From Ophelia neglecta (Eukaryota), in contig OZ260663.1 in the NCBI GenBank assembly GCA_965285935.1, forward strand, positions 14,012,001-14,076,000: a stretch of DNA of 64,000 nucleotides, read 5' to 3'. This document shows positions 1-13,800 of the stretch, piece by piece (position 1 is the stretch's first letter; every line of letters starts with the position of its first letter). The notes beneath the pieces are model-generated. The model searched no databases and was not told the DNA's origin. It worked only from the letters and a program-made list of their open reading frames with translations. Both the position numbers and the translations under genes were made by a program.

Positions 1-1249
1 CTAGGCCAGTGTCTACATTATGTCTGGTATCAATGTCTGGTGTATAGCCATTTACGATAGGGCCTATGCTGATGCCGGCCGGGTCGTACTACGGCTGTAC
101 AATAGTGTAAACATTTTCCTATAAACAAATTTCCCAAGAAGCCCTACGTATAAATGAACTGTCCATAGCCGTATAATTGTCTCTCTAACATCATTCGGCG
201 ACAAAACCTAATGTCTAATATATATATATAGATGTGCTATGCGTACATGTTATTGGGGAGGGAGGGGGGGGGGGTCCCTTTATGGCATTATCTATCAAAT
301 GGGGCCTTCACATTTAAAGCCTAATAAATGCTCTTATTTTCCCTATTAAAATATACTGACATGCATCGTGAAAGCGGTACATTTTCTGACCATTTGTTTC
401 TATTAAGAGGGTAGCTTTTGACAAATTCAAGGGTTTTCTATTTTAATGACGACCTGCTTTCAAAGCTGCAGAGAGCAATCTCACCTTTAAATATGGGAAG
501 TACCCCCGACCCTCCACCCCCATTCCCCGGGGATGTTGTTACATGGCCAATGTCATATAGCCCCGAGTATAGGCCCTGCTCAAACTTTTCCCGAGCCTTA
601 AGGCCAGAGAAAATATCTAGTGAGACGGTACTGTATGTTAGAAGTCATGTGATAAACAATTTATTTGTCAATAACTGTGTAGCGTCGATGGTCTGGTATG
701 GATGGTAATAACAGACTGAATGCTGATGTCCTTGTTTGAACTTTAATTTGTTGTTCCTAACATATTTCACTATATTCAATCCCTTCTCTGTGTGTATTTT
801 CCACCCTTACAAAAGAAACTGTGCTCACTTTATAGTTACACGATGGACAGACAGTTCTAAGGCATCAATCTGAAATTTTATCGGAAAACTGAAGAAGCTC
901 TGAGAAATTACCTTGATCCAGGAATTTTATGTTATACCTGATATAAACACTGTAATCTTACACTATCGGGATACCAGTGGTCTTAGTATCATAGTAATTC
1001 AGTAATTTCTCTTTTTACCTTGGGACCCTTATATTCATATGCACGGGCAAAAACGATACAATCTTTTAAACAAAGTCTATTCCAAACCCTACCCATCTTT
1101 ACCTGGTATATAAATATAATGCACATTTCTCAGTATCATATTGCCCCATTCCAAGTAAGGTACATTAACCCAGCTCAATTTTTTATTTACCCCAGGGGTT
1201 GAATACCCGTACAATGAGTCCGTGCACGATATGCCTTAGCCGCTGTTGA

Positions 1250-2100
1250 CCCTGGTGATTACTGATGTCTATTCCTGTTATATTGGGTTATCATTAAGTT
1301 AAGTTACGCCAGGGAGGTCCCAATTGTTCCAGACTTGACCCCATTATCCGCGTCTGGCACGTGACTACATAATGTTACATCTAAGTAAATGTAATGTTTT
1401 ATCTACTCTCACCTGACCGAATGGGGATATCCCGGTACGTTATAAATCATTGGAACATTAATTACATTATTTATTGGTGTCCCGATTAAGATACAAGATT
1501 ATTTGACAGTTGCTTTTCAATTGACTCTCAGGACGCTGCCAGCCTGTGCTAAAAATCTGGCCAGTAGAGAACCACGCGCTGCTGTCCCTGTTTTGATGTC
1601 GAGAATTTATCAGCTAATTTTAAAATCACGCATCAGACAATGGGTGCGGTGTCACACATTTTGTTTAGGGTTTATATCAAGTACGTCTGCTTATTCTGAT
1701 ACGTCAAAGCGCATGATTTATGTACCATTCAAACTTAAATTTTGGCTATACAAATGTACGTGGTCACATTTTGAATTGCACTACAGGGTAAATTCCAAAT
1801 GTCTAGCTGTTTCTTATGTAATGTTAACAATTTTTAGGGCTTTACGGACAATAAACAGATGCAGGCAGTAGCAAATTGCAGTCCATGTGGGTGGTTTGCA
1901 ACCAACAACTTTCATGCTATGACAAACAATCCGTCTACCAACAGACAGACGAAATAATACACACTCAAATCACTATCTGAACTTTGATTGTAAACGAGAG
2001 GTTCTTATCAACAGGATAGATAAAACTACTCTAATGCTCTTTCGGATAACCAGTTATTTCAATTGCATTGCACTGCCTTGCTGTAAGCGTCCCAGAACTG
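1250..2100 (-). pseudogene. Decayed hypovirus-like RdRp fragment (endogenous viral element)
   Basis: Minus-strand translation, with frameshifts, gives in order: AIEITGYPKEH..F...VD..KVQIVI (2043-2066; cf. ALETGEYPNQFYHAF..KVRTV), NHPHGLQFATA (1870-1896; cf. hypovirus NHPSGNGRQFASV), RG/STGQ..STGW (1557-1577; motif B RGGGTGQSATSW), and IYNV near motif C. Consensus recalled from memory. Confidence 0.65.
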
Positions 2101-2375
2101 CGTTAAAGAATCATATAACGGTAACAACCATGCAGCTTATCCTTTGCTCATTTATATTGCCTGGTTAACTATGGACCTATGATAAAATCATAAACGGAAA
2201 TAGTTTATGGGAAGGTGCTGTCCAAGGTGTAACTTGAAGTTTATCATCGTAAAAGGAAACATGTTGCACAAATCCCGCCCCCCCCCCCCTAGATACCCTG
2301 ATTTTACCGCCAGACACTCCAGCAACTACTATTGCTGCAATGTAATCCACGTACGAGAATGATGCGCAATGATAA

Positions 2376-2593
2376 AGGGCTATTGTCTAAACACGGAGGT
2401 GCGGAGGCTATGCGGAAGAGGAGGTCATTGGTATTTCTGTGTGGCGCGAAGCAAAACATAATCTGCAAGAGGAGGCCTAGGACTGGAGGTTGATTGAGTG
2501 TTAGGAAAGGGTTATGGACAGGTTTATAAGATACTAGTATTGTTTTCTTATCTCGGGATTTACCTCCGCTTTTCCGATTTCAAGAAAAAGCCG
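2376..2593 (-). mobile_element. Non-autonomous DNA transposon (MITE), same family as 28585-28819
   Basis: Reverse-complement similarity to 28585-28819 (cggaggtgcggaggctatgcgga...gatttacctccgc). Flanked by the 6-bp direct repeat tgataa. Confidence 0.75.
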
Positions 2594-4806
2594 TGATAAG
2601 TTGGTTCCAGTATACTACGAACTTCTCTCTGAATATCCTGCTAGAACATCTACTGCGAGAATCGTACTCACTAGATTTACTTTTTACACCCTTGGTTTAG
2701 CTCTTTTTAACTATAGAATATACCTAAATTATTGTGTCTTTTCCATTGGAAGACAAAAGTGAGCTGGATTCAATATTGAATGTTAGAAAGAAGGATAAAC
2801 ACAATTGGAAAGACTTGACTGGATGCTATTACTGAAAGCTCGGTGTGTTAATACACATTGAACCACTTGATTCGTGTAGGTATACTCCAGCGGGCAATTA
2901 AATGATATACACATGGTATAAAGGTGCGGCAGTTTCGCACTGGTATTGGAATGAATGAGCAATAAACGAGTAACATAACATACTATTACTTGTAAGCTTA
3001 AATTTTCTATCCAACGTTAGAAACGGCAACGTACTTATGTGTTTTGTGGTAGTCGAACGGCGGGTTTGGCTGTAGTGAAGGTGACGGTTGTGGTTGGGGG
3101 TTGGGGGGGTGGGGGTGGGGTGGGGTGACGGGGGCATATCGGTCGTTGAGATTTTATTCTTCTTCTAAGTGATAAACTGTTTACCCATATTCCATTTACC
3201 CATATTCCCTTTTCCATTCCAAACCAAATGCTCAGTCCCCAGGTAAAGCACATTTCTATTTCCTGAGAGGGACTGCCAAGAAATCCCTCTTGAACGAAAA
3301 GAACACAATCACAAGTTCTGAACTATATTGGTTATATTTCTGAGAATGCCAGACAATCTGTTTGAAATTAAAAAAGAAACACATATAATTCCAGCTTCTT
3401 GAAGATTGCATATGCCATAAGAATTGCATTCTTTAGTATAGTCTATCTAATTCCTATTTTGTCCAGTTCGGAATTATGTATGCACGTGATCGAATTATTT
3501 CCCTAGTGTCTTATTGATTGATGAAAGTTATACGTACTCTTAACATTGCTCATTATCAACCTGCAGTTGAAAATGCTAGGGTTAATGTTTGCAGCGTTAT
3601 CGCCCTCGAAGGTTTGGTCCTATTAATCCTGTATAGATACGTCATTGTACTAGAGCACGCAAAGGGGCCTCTTGGGGGAAAATCAACAAACAATTGCATT
3701 GAAAATGAACGTGATCCGGCCATGCTTCAGCATAGACAAACACCGAGTTTAAATGAAACGTGAATCCAGTCGGAATCATTATTCATTGCTCAAGCACCCT
3801 CTTTATTTTACTTAATGAATAAGTGACTGGCCATAATTTAATTTCTTTTTCATTTTGCAACCTTAACAATAACAACTGTGATATGAGTTTTTAATGTGTT
3901 TTTACAGAAGACTTTCCGGCTGAGGTTATTTAAACACCTGACCCCCTGCACGACAGGCGAGCATTTTACCGTTAGGCCGAGAGTTACATATTGTAGAAAG
4001 AAAGGAAATTAATAAACATTATGAATGAATAGAACAAAACTAAATAACTAAAAGTAACCTTTTTGCTATGGAAAAACCTTTGGTGTCATACAACATTTGG
4101 CGGACGAAAATGTATGTTGTTTACCATGTCCCAATGACTACCTAAGGACAACTGTGTGTGTGTTATCATATATTATTAAATGCAGGTGTTTCTTAGTACA
4201 GTGATATCGATTATGACCACCGCCTGTCAGTGGTCCGATATGATAAGCACGATTGTTCACTCTAAATTGTCCACACTTATGACGGAATTATTATAATATT
4301 ATGTCGGTTAACTATTAATATAACATATTCATAGCAATACTGATTATATTCACTGTACTCACAAACCGTGTGATTCTAACCTGATATGCTATCATTTAAG
4401 CCGTCATTAGATTGACCGTAAGGAGGGTCTCTCGACGTGGGCAAAGGTCCCTCGTGTGTCTTCTATCTGTACTTTTACATTCCAGTGTTAGCAACAGGGC
4501 AAGTCTGTTGTTACTTTGTTTTGTGAGCTGAAAGACTGCTGGGTAATTCGTTGCAGTGATATCACATTCAACGGGACATGGCTGAATGTAAGCCGTAGTA
4601 AATGGATACAAGGCAGATCTGTGTCTTTTTCTCGACATGCTCAATTTGATTTTCACGGAAATTAGGTTACATAGAAACTGGATAACTTGTTAAATAGCAA
4701 TTCGATCGGTGATTTATCAGGTCTCGACCGGCGTGTGTGTACCCTGATCATCCCAGCTGCAGACGTAGAGACCTATTATTCAATCACGGACCGCTCAGCG
4801 AACGCC

Positions 4807-5602
4807 ATGACCTATCAGTGCCTTATTTTATTACCCCAACGCTATCTGGGATCGACAGTCCTTCTCCGGGGAGGATCAGTTCTTTTAATAGCGTTGTTTG
4901 TTAATGTTGTCTTGGTGGTTGTCCGCCAACTTCCGCTTGCGGCCGGTGAGCTTACTCCCACAGAGGTCCGGGTGGCCGTAATTGCACCACAGGACAGAGG
5001 ACAAATGTTCTCCCTGGAAAAGGTACTTCCCGCCGTGAATTCTGCCTTGGCGGAGACCAGGGTTCAGTTGCTTCTGCCCGGGATGACTGTCAAGGTACTA
5101 GAGGCAGATTCAAAATGTAGTGCCATAAACGGCCCAATCAATGCCTTTGATATGTTCTGGGAAGACCATGCAAATGTGTTCATTGGACCCGTGTGTGATT
5201 ACAGTCTGGCCCCTGTGGCTCGCTATGTTCCATACTGGGGCGACTGGGGATGTCCGATTATCTCACCAGGGGGCATGGCGCATGACTTTGGGGAGAATAA
5301 ATCAGCGACAGGAGCAGAGTTTCCACTCTTAACGCGCGTTGGGGCAACATTTGACTCACTGTCACGTACCGCTTTGTCAATGCTAACCGATTTCCAGTAT
5401 AAACAAGCAACAATTAAAGTGCTGTATACTCCAAATGGTCACCGCGAGGTGGCGTTTCGGTTTTGCTACCTCGCAATGAGCGCCCTAATCAGAGAATTAA
5501 GGGTACAGAAAATGGATTACCATTTGTACCAGTTTGTGGACGACATTAGCCATGATGCAACCGTTAAAATGTTAGTGGAGGAAGTAGGAACTAAATATGG
5601 AG
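4807..5602 (+). CDS. First coding exon of a natriuretic peptide receptor / receptor guanylyl cyclase-like gene (NPR1/NPR3-like; signal peptide plus N-terminal part of the ANF-receptor ligand-binding domain)
   Basis: ATG at 4807 in gccATG context, then a hydrophobic signal-like segment (VLLIALFVNVVLVVV). Motifs VRVAVIAP, ADSKCS, FIGPVCDYSLAPVARY..W..PIISPGG, EFPLLTRVG and CY match NPR-type extracellular domains (cf. NPR-C LGPVCEYAAAPVAR..HW..PMLSAG..EYSHLTRV). The exon ends at a strong phase-1 donor GAG|GTAAGC (5602/5603), at about the position of vertebrate NPR intron 1. The paralogue cannot be assigned from this exon alone. Confidence 0.9.
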
Positions 5603-6049
5603 GTAAGCACAAACTTCCCGTGCAGACTTTGCCTGGAATAAGTCTATTGGCCAAGTCAGCTGATTATTAGACTATCATCTAAACACTATCTGAAGAAAAT
5701 CTGGCGATACTTTATTAAGTAATACGTTTTAAACGCTTTGCAAAAGAATTTACATTTGAAAAAAGTGTCAGTACTCAAATAGTTTGAAAACTTGGGGTCT
5801 TATTTCGCTTATATAGGGCATTATTACACACAAATGATTTATGAGTACATGATAATTTATTAAGTTTAATCTTAGGCTGTATTATCTTAATTCAGTTGAC
5901 AAGCTTTTAACGTTGTATCACTTTCAATCGCCATTGTTGTAATGTAATTGGCAATGTTTTATATAGAGATGGCCTCCGGTATTCGGATAGCTGGTTTTGT
6001 CCTATGTTTACCGGGTATCCTTGTCCTCCATTTCAAATCCAGCTATGAA

Positions 6050-6650
6050 GCTTGCGTCAACTTTGGTCTTGTGATCGGTGTGCCTCTTTTAGGCTTTTTA
6101 GTCCTATCATAAGACATATATATTATTTTAGTTTTATACAGTTTTTTTTTCCATTTTTCCAACTTAAGGCATGCGGACACGATCACCACTGCGGACTTGC
6201 GAATTATGCTTGATTACAAAGAGTAATGTTAATATACTACTTGTAAGGGCACTCTTTATGAATCCTGTAGCCTGTTCTATTTCTATTATGAGATCACTTT
6301 GCAGTCAATTGCGTCTGTTGAATACTATGTGACATTTGACGGGATGTTCCCCCTTCTCTAAGGTATTTTCTACCATTTATAGAAGACGGATGATGTTGCA
6401 TTATGTGCAACTGGGAGTGATCAGCAAACATTTGCAAGATGGAACAAACAGTATTCTGCCAAAGGTTAAACGACACAAAACAAACACACGGTTTGTCAAT
6501 TCTTTCCCGTACTAAAGCTTGGCCTTGAACCAGATGAACACGGTGTTTGGGAATAACCAGTTTGTTAAAGTTTGCCTCGTCTTCATTGAACAGCGCTTTC
6601 TTCTGTGGAACCCATTGTTTGCTGTTCTGTTGGTTATGTTGTTCAAACCC
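6050..6650 (-). pseudogene. Decayed hypo/fusarivirus-like RdRp N-terminal fragment
   Basis: TNWLFPNTVFIWFKAKL, then VENTLEKGEHPVKCHIVF (6341-6373; cf. AIEALETGEYPNQFYHAF), then IYMSYDRT (motif A-like, ~6100). Confidence 0.55.
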
Positions 6651-8439
6651 AAGGCCAATTGAACATCTATCCCATACTTGTAAATAGGCTGTTATTAGGG
6701 CAAAACCAGGAATAAATGGAGAAAAACGACCGAATGATATTTAAATATATCCGTAAACAAATTTCTCTGTACTTGTGGGTGACCTTAGCATCAGCAACAA
6801 CATCGACGGGTAGTTGTTTGTGAAAGCCGACCTGACAATGCAATATACCACAATAAATGATGAGTAATCATCTCTTGTATAGTTCTGTACAAATTAGGAC
6901 CATATGATAAGGGCTCAGTGTTTATAGACACACCTGATTGCATATAGAATCTAAATGCTACGTAGCATTTCGATGACCAAGGGCAGTACAGATTTATAGT
7001 ATCGTTATCCCAACACCGTATGACTGTTAACTGATCAACTAACACTAAAGCTGTCGTTAGGTGAGATGTGATTAAAAGCTCATATCTTACAGGCCACAAA
7101 ATCCAATGTGGAATTGTTATCTCAAACAATCGCTTTATAAGATGTGATATCACATACAACTATTATACTCACATGTATTGCGTAGGGGGGGGGGGGGGGG
7201 CGAAATCCCCTTAAAATGAACTGGAGTCATTTAAAATTCCAATGTCACAATGCCTACGCATACTGCATATAAACAATTATTTGGACACCAAGACATACTT
7301 CAAAACTTTTGCCAACTATATACTTTATAAACTAGAAATTGCAGGTACACTATGTTTTCCCTATGTTTCAGGGTGTTTCGGCGGGACTCCATGTTATGTG
7401 TCAAGTCAATGTGTCTGTTTATCTTGAAACAATGTCGGAATGTCTTAATACTCAAGGCACTGACACGAAAGTTAAGCAAAAGATATTATTTTGCGACATA
7501 GTGATTCATTTGTTCGAAAGGTCTCAATCGTAATGTTTGCAGATCGATTTGAGTTTATCGATTTGTTCCTTTGTGATCGGATGGCATATCGTTAGGTTAC
7601 AGATTAACCCAAGTTTGGCAAGGCTAAGTATGACCACTCCTGTGCATGAACTTTGAGTAGAGACGTCTTGATTGAAATCCGATGGAGTCGCTATGGATGT
7701 TAGCGATAGTCAGGACCTGATCGTTTGACACCAGAATTAATACTGACATGCACATATTTTGTTTATCTTGTTCCACTGTTATTAGGGGCATAATATACTT
7801 ATGATGCAGTTTGTTTCGCCTAGTGCAAGAGGGGGCGGGGGATAGGGGTGGGGTGTGCTCTCTCATGAGTCACATACCTTATCGTATCATCACAGCACGA
7901 GTGGAAACTCACACACCTAGTACAAAGTAGAGTTTGATAATGACCAAATATCATTTGGAGAAATCAAACCGTTAAAACCCTTTAAATGAACAAGTACTAC
8001 ATCACTGATAAGCAAGCCGTGCAGCTAAATATTTGCAGATGTATTGTGCATTGGTTGCTAAAGCAAACATGTCAAGGCTATCAATGAAATGTCACTAAAA
8101 CAGGAATAAGTTCTATATACCTCTAACCTGGTTCAGCTATTTGATGTTTCCTCTTGCTAATGTCACTCCCTGCTGCCTAATGTTTTCCAGCTATGTGTTG
8201 TAAGGTTTCCAGCATATTCTAAATGATATAATTGATATTGATGGCCACATTGCCAGTATCTCCTGTCAGCGTGAGCGTGTTACTTGAATCCACTTCTAGC
8301 TAATTAACATACCAACTATGATATGTAACTGCTTGATTCTATCTTTCTATTTATTAGATTATGTAATATGAGATGGGTCCTGTTAAAGGTTACGACAGGT
8401 TGTTATTCTCTAGCTGAGATGGAATGAGGTACAATTAGT

Positions 8440-8600
8440 AAACCGCGGAACAGTCGAGTACTGTGGAAACAGCCCTGTTCTGCGAAAACAGCCCGAACTG
8501 CTGAACAGCACAATACTGCGGAAAAAAGGTCATATCTGCGGAATTAATTTAGTACTGTGGAAACAGTCCAGTACAGCCGAAACTGGAAACATCCCAGTGC
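8440..8600. repeat. Degenerate ~19-20-bp minisatellite
   Basis: Repeated tactg(c/t)ggaaacagcc-like units. Confidence 0.7.
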
Positions 8601-10219
8601 GGTGTTATGGGGATGACCAGTAAACATTACTGTGAAGACTGGTGGGCTCTAAATGGGACATGAGACGTCTATAGAGTGTGAATATACACTGATACAAAAT
8701 GGTTAGGAGCCTTAAAAGGCAAGAGGCATACTTTGCTAGTAACGCCCATCTTCAAAAGCAGCCAATGAAGACTGTGCAGTATAAGTGTAACATGGTCGAA
8801 TTATCTTGCTCATGTGACCGCAGTACGGAGAAGCCCAGTGCTGCAGAAACTGCCAAATAATCTGTCCTCACATTTGAGAAGGCAAGTGTTTTAATAGCAT
8901 GATCTTGTGTATGCTTAGCGCCCAATTCCTGAACACTGTTAAGGACAAAACTCTGCTTAAACACTACCTTGATGGTTGAATGTTAGAAAGCCATGTTTAT
9001 TTGAATTCGGATTTAGAAATTAAATAGCTCTTAAAATCTACCTGATAACATTCCATCGTCCTTCGACTTTATGTCCGGGATATTCAGCAGTTTGGTAAAC
9101 ATTAAACATTTAAGACATTTTATATATATACAAAACTTGAAGGTAAATTTTACTAGAAGCATCAAGTGTAAACGCACCTTGAACCGATGCAACCTTTATG
9201 TAAACTGCATACGTGGCGTCGCCGTTTGGCCTCTATGGCGTCGGGCCTCCCTAGCATAGCGTTTATAGGTTTTTTTCCGCAATGCATGTGCATTCTTTTT
9301 ATTTCTTCGTTCATTGTTTGCTGAATTACTTTTAAAGATGTTATTCTTGGATGACATTAGATTAATTGTATGTAAATTTAGTAACGGGAATGGCATAAAT
9401 GTGTAAAGCATTTCTTATATATAGTAAGGATGGTTTTTTTATTATGTGTGGGTCCCCTTGTTAAAGAATAGGACAGGTATTTTAGTATATATAGTTTGAA
9501 CATATTCCACTCTTATAAAAATGTATTAGTATCATTTGTAATAATTAACCTCTATGGAAAACAGCGTAAGCTTATTGGGCTATCTAATATAAAGCATTTT
9601 AATAAATAAATAAATGAATAGGTCAAAGAGAAGAAGGTTAAATATTATTAGAGATAAATGGGCGTACGCATTTAAACGGTTTACAATAATAAAGGTTTAG
9701 ATTTTTCTTACATCGGCTAAACGAGGGCCCCAGCCTACCGGGCACTACAGTCCACATATAGTGTGCCGAAGGACTGTTCGAACATCTCGGAATGAGATGG
9801 ACACGTCTGAATAATCTAAAAGTCTCTAACATTGCGGCCCTAGATGTTCTACTGCCATTGGTTTCTGCAAAATTGTATACTTTAAGGCAGCAGCTCCCCT
9901 TGACCCAAAAGCAAAAGGGCTGGATGAATGTACCAGATTATATTATTGGAAAATGTCAGGACAATACTGCCCCAGCCACATGAAAGGGCGCCCCCCTTCC
10001 CTATGCGATATTGGAATTAAGCACCATATGGCACATATCGAGGAGCCCAGCAAAACTACTTGACCTAAAGGGAACAATGGATAAGTTCTGACGAAGTGAA
10101 CCAGGATGAATTAATTAATAGTGTCACGACCACGCTGATACACTAATATTAAATTCAATGTTCATAATCAATTGCGCCCTCTCCCTCTCCACTCTCCCCA
10201 CTCTTCTTCCCCTCCCCGG

Positions 10220-10450
10220 TATTGGAATTAACCACCGTATGGCACTTATTCAGCTCTACCTTGTTAATTGTTGGTGCATGTGAAATGAGGGCTGCAAGGC
10301 TGGACCTTTACCAATATGCCTTTTTGTGGAAACAAACATGCCCCTTTGGGAGAATAATGAACCAATCAAGGGCGAACAAATATTGCAGGAAGACAAATGT
10401 TAGCATCGTAAGTACAATTAACTAACGTACATTATTGCCAATCCGATACT
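10220..10450 (-). pseudogene. Decayed SF2 helicase C-terminal motifs (V-VI), hypovirus-like
   Basis: LVNCTYDANICLP followed by KGILVKVQP..HFTCTNN*QGRAE*V (cf. LVCTPYVQTGIDI..HKGRLVTPHPYTDEKTNEQRVNRVGR). It lies downstream of the RdRp remnant at 11900-13800 on the same strand. Confidence 0.4.
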
Positions 10451-11213
10451 GTAGATGATCTCCCCGCATAGGACACAATAGCATAATGAATTAGATATTG
10501 TTAAATTGTGATGTGTACTTACGTCACTGATGATATCTAAGAAAGTAGCACTATGTATATTATTACTTAACACATGCTCGTTATTTCGTTGTTGACCCTA
10601 ATATAAACAGGAAATATTGTAAATGTGTTCCTTTGAAAGTATTGCGCTTTTCTCAGACAATAAAGCCGAGTGTATAGTGCGCAACAGAAGTTCTTTAACT
10701 AGCGACAAAACAAATATGCAAATGTTGGAGACTTATTTACTAGTTTTTCCCTGCACAACCGTTTATTTGACTAGAAATTTCATTTCGCATCTTGCTAACG
10801 AGACCTGAATAATAGCACCAATACCAACGGGCCCTTTGTTGACTCGGGACTACACACGGACTTTCAGTAAGATAGTTGAAGTGTTGACTAGTCAAGTACC
10901 TACAAAAAGATAAGGGCTGTATTGTAATATATGGCAAAGGTTAGCCCCGATAAACACAGGTGGTCACTCTGTATCATCCTCAGGATTATGATAAGGATGT
11001 ATCAAGTGTAACTGCCATCATATATCGATCTCATATCTGATTACAGTAGCTAATTATAAATTGGATGATTGTGAAATGATAAACTATCGCCGAGAGTGTT
11101 AGGTCCATCTTTATGGTGGACCTATTTCGTAGTGGTGGACCTGTCTTGTGGACATTGTGGAAAAATAAACATGAGAGAATGCATGAACCTGATAAACTAC
11201 CTATTTGACTATA

Positions 11214-11392
11214 CAGTGAAACCTGCCTTAAAGACCACCTTTATAAACAGACCACCTTTCAATTCAGACCACTAATATGAGGACTGTGCTGTATACTTTC
11301 AATGTTTAAAAAACCTGTCTAAACAGACCACCTCCAAAATCCGAACAGCATATTCCAGTCAAGTTGGTGGTCTTAATTCACAGGTTACACTG
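11214..11392. mobile_element. 179-bp Tc1/mariner(pogo)-type MITE
   Basis: TIRs cagtgaaacctg...caggttacactg, TA on both sides, internal agaccacc repeats. Confidence 0.85.
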
Positions 11393-11899
11393 TACTAAAT
11401 TCTGTCTCAAATCGACTAGCCTCCCCCCCCCGCCCCCATCCGCCCAAATTGCTAACGCTGCGTCTCTACTACTTAGACCCTGAGAGTCGACGCGGATTTG
11501 TGTCAATGTGTTAAGATTATGTTGTTTTGGAATTAAAGTACCATTATATGGGGTAGACGCTGATGTAAATACAACGCTCTTTCTCCTACTTGCAGGTTAT
11601 TTTTATGTACTCGAATGAATAAGAGTTTCAATTTTTTTCCTATACATAAGGCAACCATTGTGTTACTATATAGACCATTGGCTTGTGATAAAATACAGAC
11701 CCATTAACATACTTGATTCAACAACCATCTTGGTTGCCTCGGTTAGTGTTGCTTACCAACTATGACATGGTAATGAAAACCGATCTGGTATGACCTGGTA
11801 TAGACTTGACATAAATTAAGCCCGATATTAACACGTGTCTCTAGAGGGTCTTGTCAGCGACTGTCACCTTATGGTTCATATGCGACTTATTACACCAGG

Positions 11900-13800
11900 G
11901 GTTCTTTGAAAGTTTAAGATAATGTTGATAAATGACATAGCTGCCCTTATCTGATTCCAAATCCCCGGACATTCCTGGCATGTCATAAGATGTGGCATTT
12001 CACATTCCGAAGATGATAGTATGCCGTTTTAGGAAGGGGGAGTTGCGGGGATACTGTGATTACCAAATCTCAAGCCGGGCAACAAACTGTTTGCTTATTA
12101 AATGGTACGATGAAAGTTACCAGATCATGCACACAATTGACACAATGTTGGTAGATATGACAATATTAGATACTAAGATAATCATCGTGCAGATATCAAA
12201 ACTAAATTAACAAGTATGCGACTTTGTATATGTTCAGAATCGGAAATATGTATTTCTAATAGAGAGTTCCGACGAGAATAATACTCTAGGCAAATTGTTA
12301 TTAGCTAATTTCCAATTGAACAGTAGGAATGGCTACCTGTCGCGACAATGCAATATAGTCAATAATTATTCCTTTATCGATCTGCAAAAATCAGGACCAA
12401 TCAGGGTCAGGCGTACATTTTGTTCATCTAGCAATAACATGTTTCCAAAAATGTTTATGAGAACACTCTAAATATAATCTGGAGGAGGAAAGTTGATCGA
12501 ACCCGGTGCCAGACGACACTTTCACTATATTTGAACCACTTCAGTTTGTACCTTTCATAATATTTGATAGATGGACTTGCAGAGAAAGGCATGGCATTCA
12601 CCGAAAGAACGGTGCAATGATAAAATGACGGATGGGGGGAACATATTGCATTTTATGCCAAATTGACATAACTTACTGTCTATCTATGTGTAATAACCCC
12701 GTGTGGTACACTGCATTGTGTGTATTTAACTGTGTAATTGCAGACGCAAGTGCCTGAAGAGTATAAAAACGCAAAATCTTTTTTTATCATTGAATATAAA
12801 CTACACATATCAGAATATGATAGCGTTTCATTTAAGATGTCAAAGGCGTAGAGATGTTAAAGTGGCTTCAAGGTTGCCAGTCGTCAGTCTTATCCCAGCC
12901 CCTTGAGGAACATGTGTCTCGGGTCGCAGCCTTTCCGTCGATGATGTTTGAAACAGATAATAACTTCACACTCAATATCACTATGTATACGCACAGTTTA
13001 CAATATAGATTGCATACGGGATCCTAATTGACAGGAACAAGGTTTGAAAGTAAAGACTGTGGTACAATGATATGAATATGAAGCCATCTTTAAAATTGTG
13101 CCTAAAAAGTGCAGCGGATAACCTGAAGACCAATCCGTAGTCGAGAATAGTCTATTAAATAGATAGGAACTAGCAGTCGTAGCCCCAAACACATCAACAA
13201 AACAAACTAAAACGTTTTTGCTTGAATGTCAATGTCCAGGAAAAAGCAGTAAGGATAACACCTACACCTCGGACCGTCAACTCGTGTGACTCAAAATTAT
13301 ATTGTTTGACCTTTTGTAGTTTAAAGCATCACTCACCAATCTACTTAACCACGTGTGGCGCTTTAGCAGCCGAAGAGAGCGAGCATCCTAAGAGACAAAT
13401 CAATGAAGTCTCAATGAATTTAGATAACGACTTCTACTGAAGCCGGCCTTTCGCCATGGGACCTTGCTTGCCTTGGTTTTAACTGCAGCTTAACTGTTTG
13501 TATGGTCAATTCGTTATTCGAGAGAGCACGGATGCTCTACCCCGGATAGATTTTCTACCACAGACACCTGGCACTTTTTGTTATGACAAAGGGCCCGATC
13601 ATTTCTATTTTAATACCATAATCGCATTCAGCGAGAGAAAGCTTCACAAATACGTGACATGCAAAGCAGAGTCGGTAATCAATACCGTAAATCATCAGAA
13701 ACCGTCATTTGCAGACCCTAAAACATCAATCCCCAGTTCCGTAACTGCTAGCTTGTATAAGCCTGTTACGAAGTTAATAAGTTAATAATGCCCATATTAA
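11900..13800 (-). pseudogene. Decayed hypo/fusarivirus-like RdRp (motifs A, B, C, E in order)
   Basis: FVDVFGA..WSSGYP (13115-13132), HLYAFD..SMIKKDF (motif A, 12839-12856), VATGSHSYCSIGN (motif B, 12308-12346), HDDYLS (motif C, 12172-12189), VPF(I)SK (motif E, 12091-12108). The long A-to-B spacer (~500 nt) is as in hypoviruses. Confidence 0.65.

Noticed and set aside
4687-5670. 327-aa ORF as a complete single-exon gene
   Set aside because: It starts at TTG. The ATG at 4807 has Kozak context and precedes the signal peptide. Similarity ends at the donor at 5602, and the remainder is intron read-through.
11575-11602. Recursive site cag|gttatt (and tag|gtttgt at 16594/16595)
   Set aside because: Poor regenerated donors and no downstream cryptic donor; compatible with chance.
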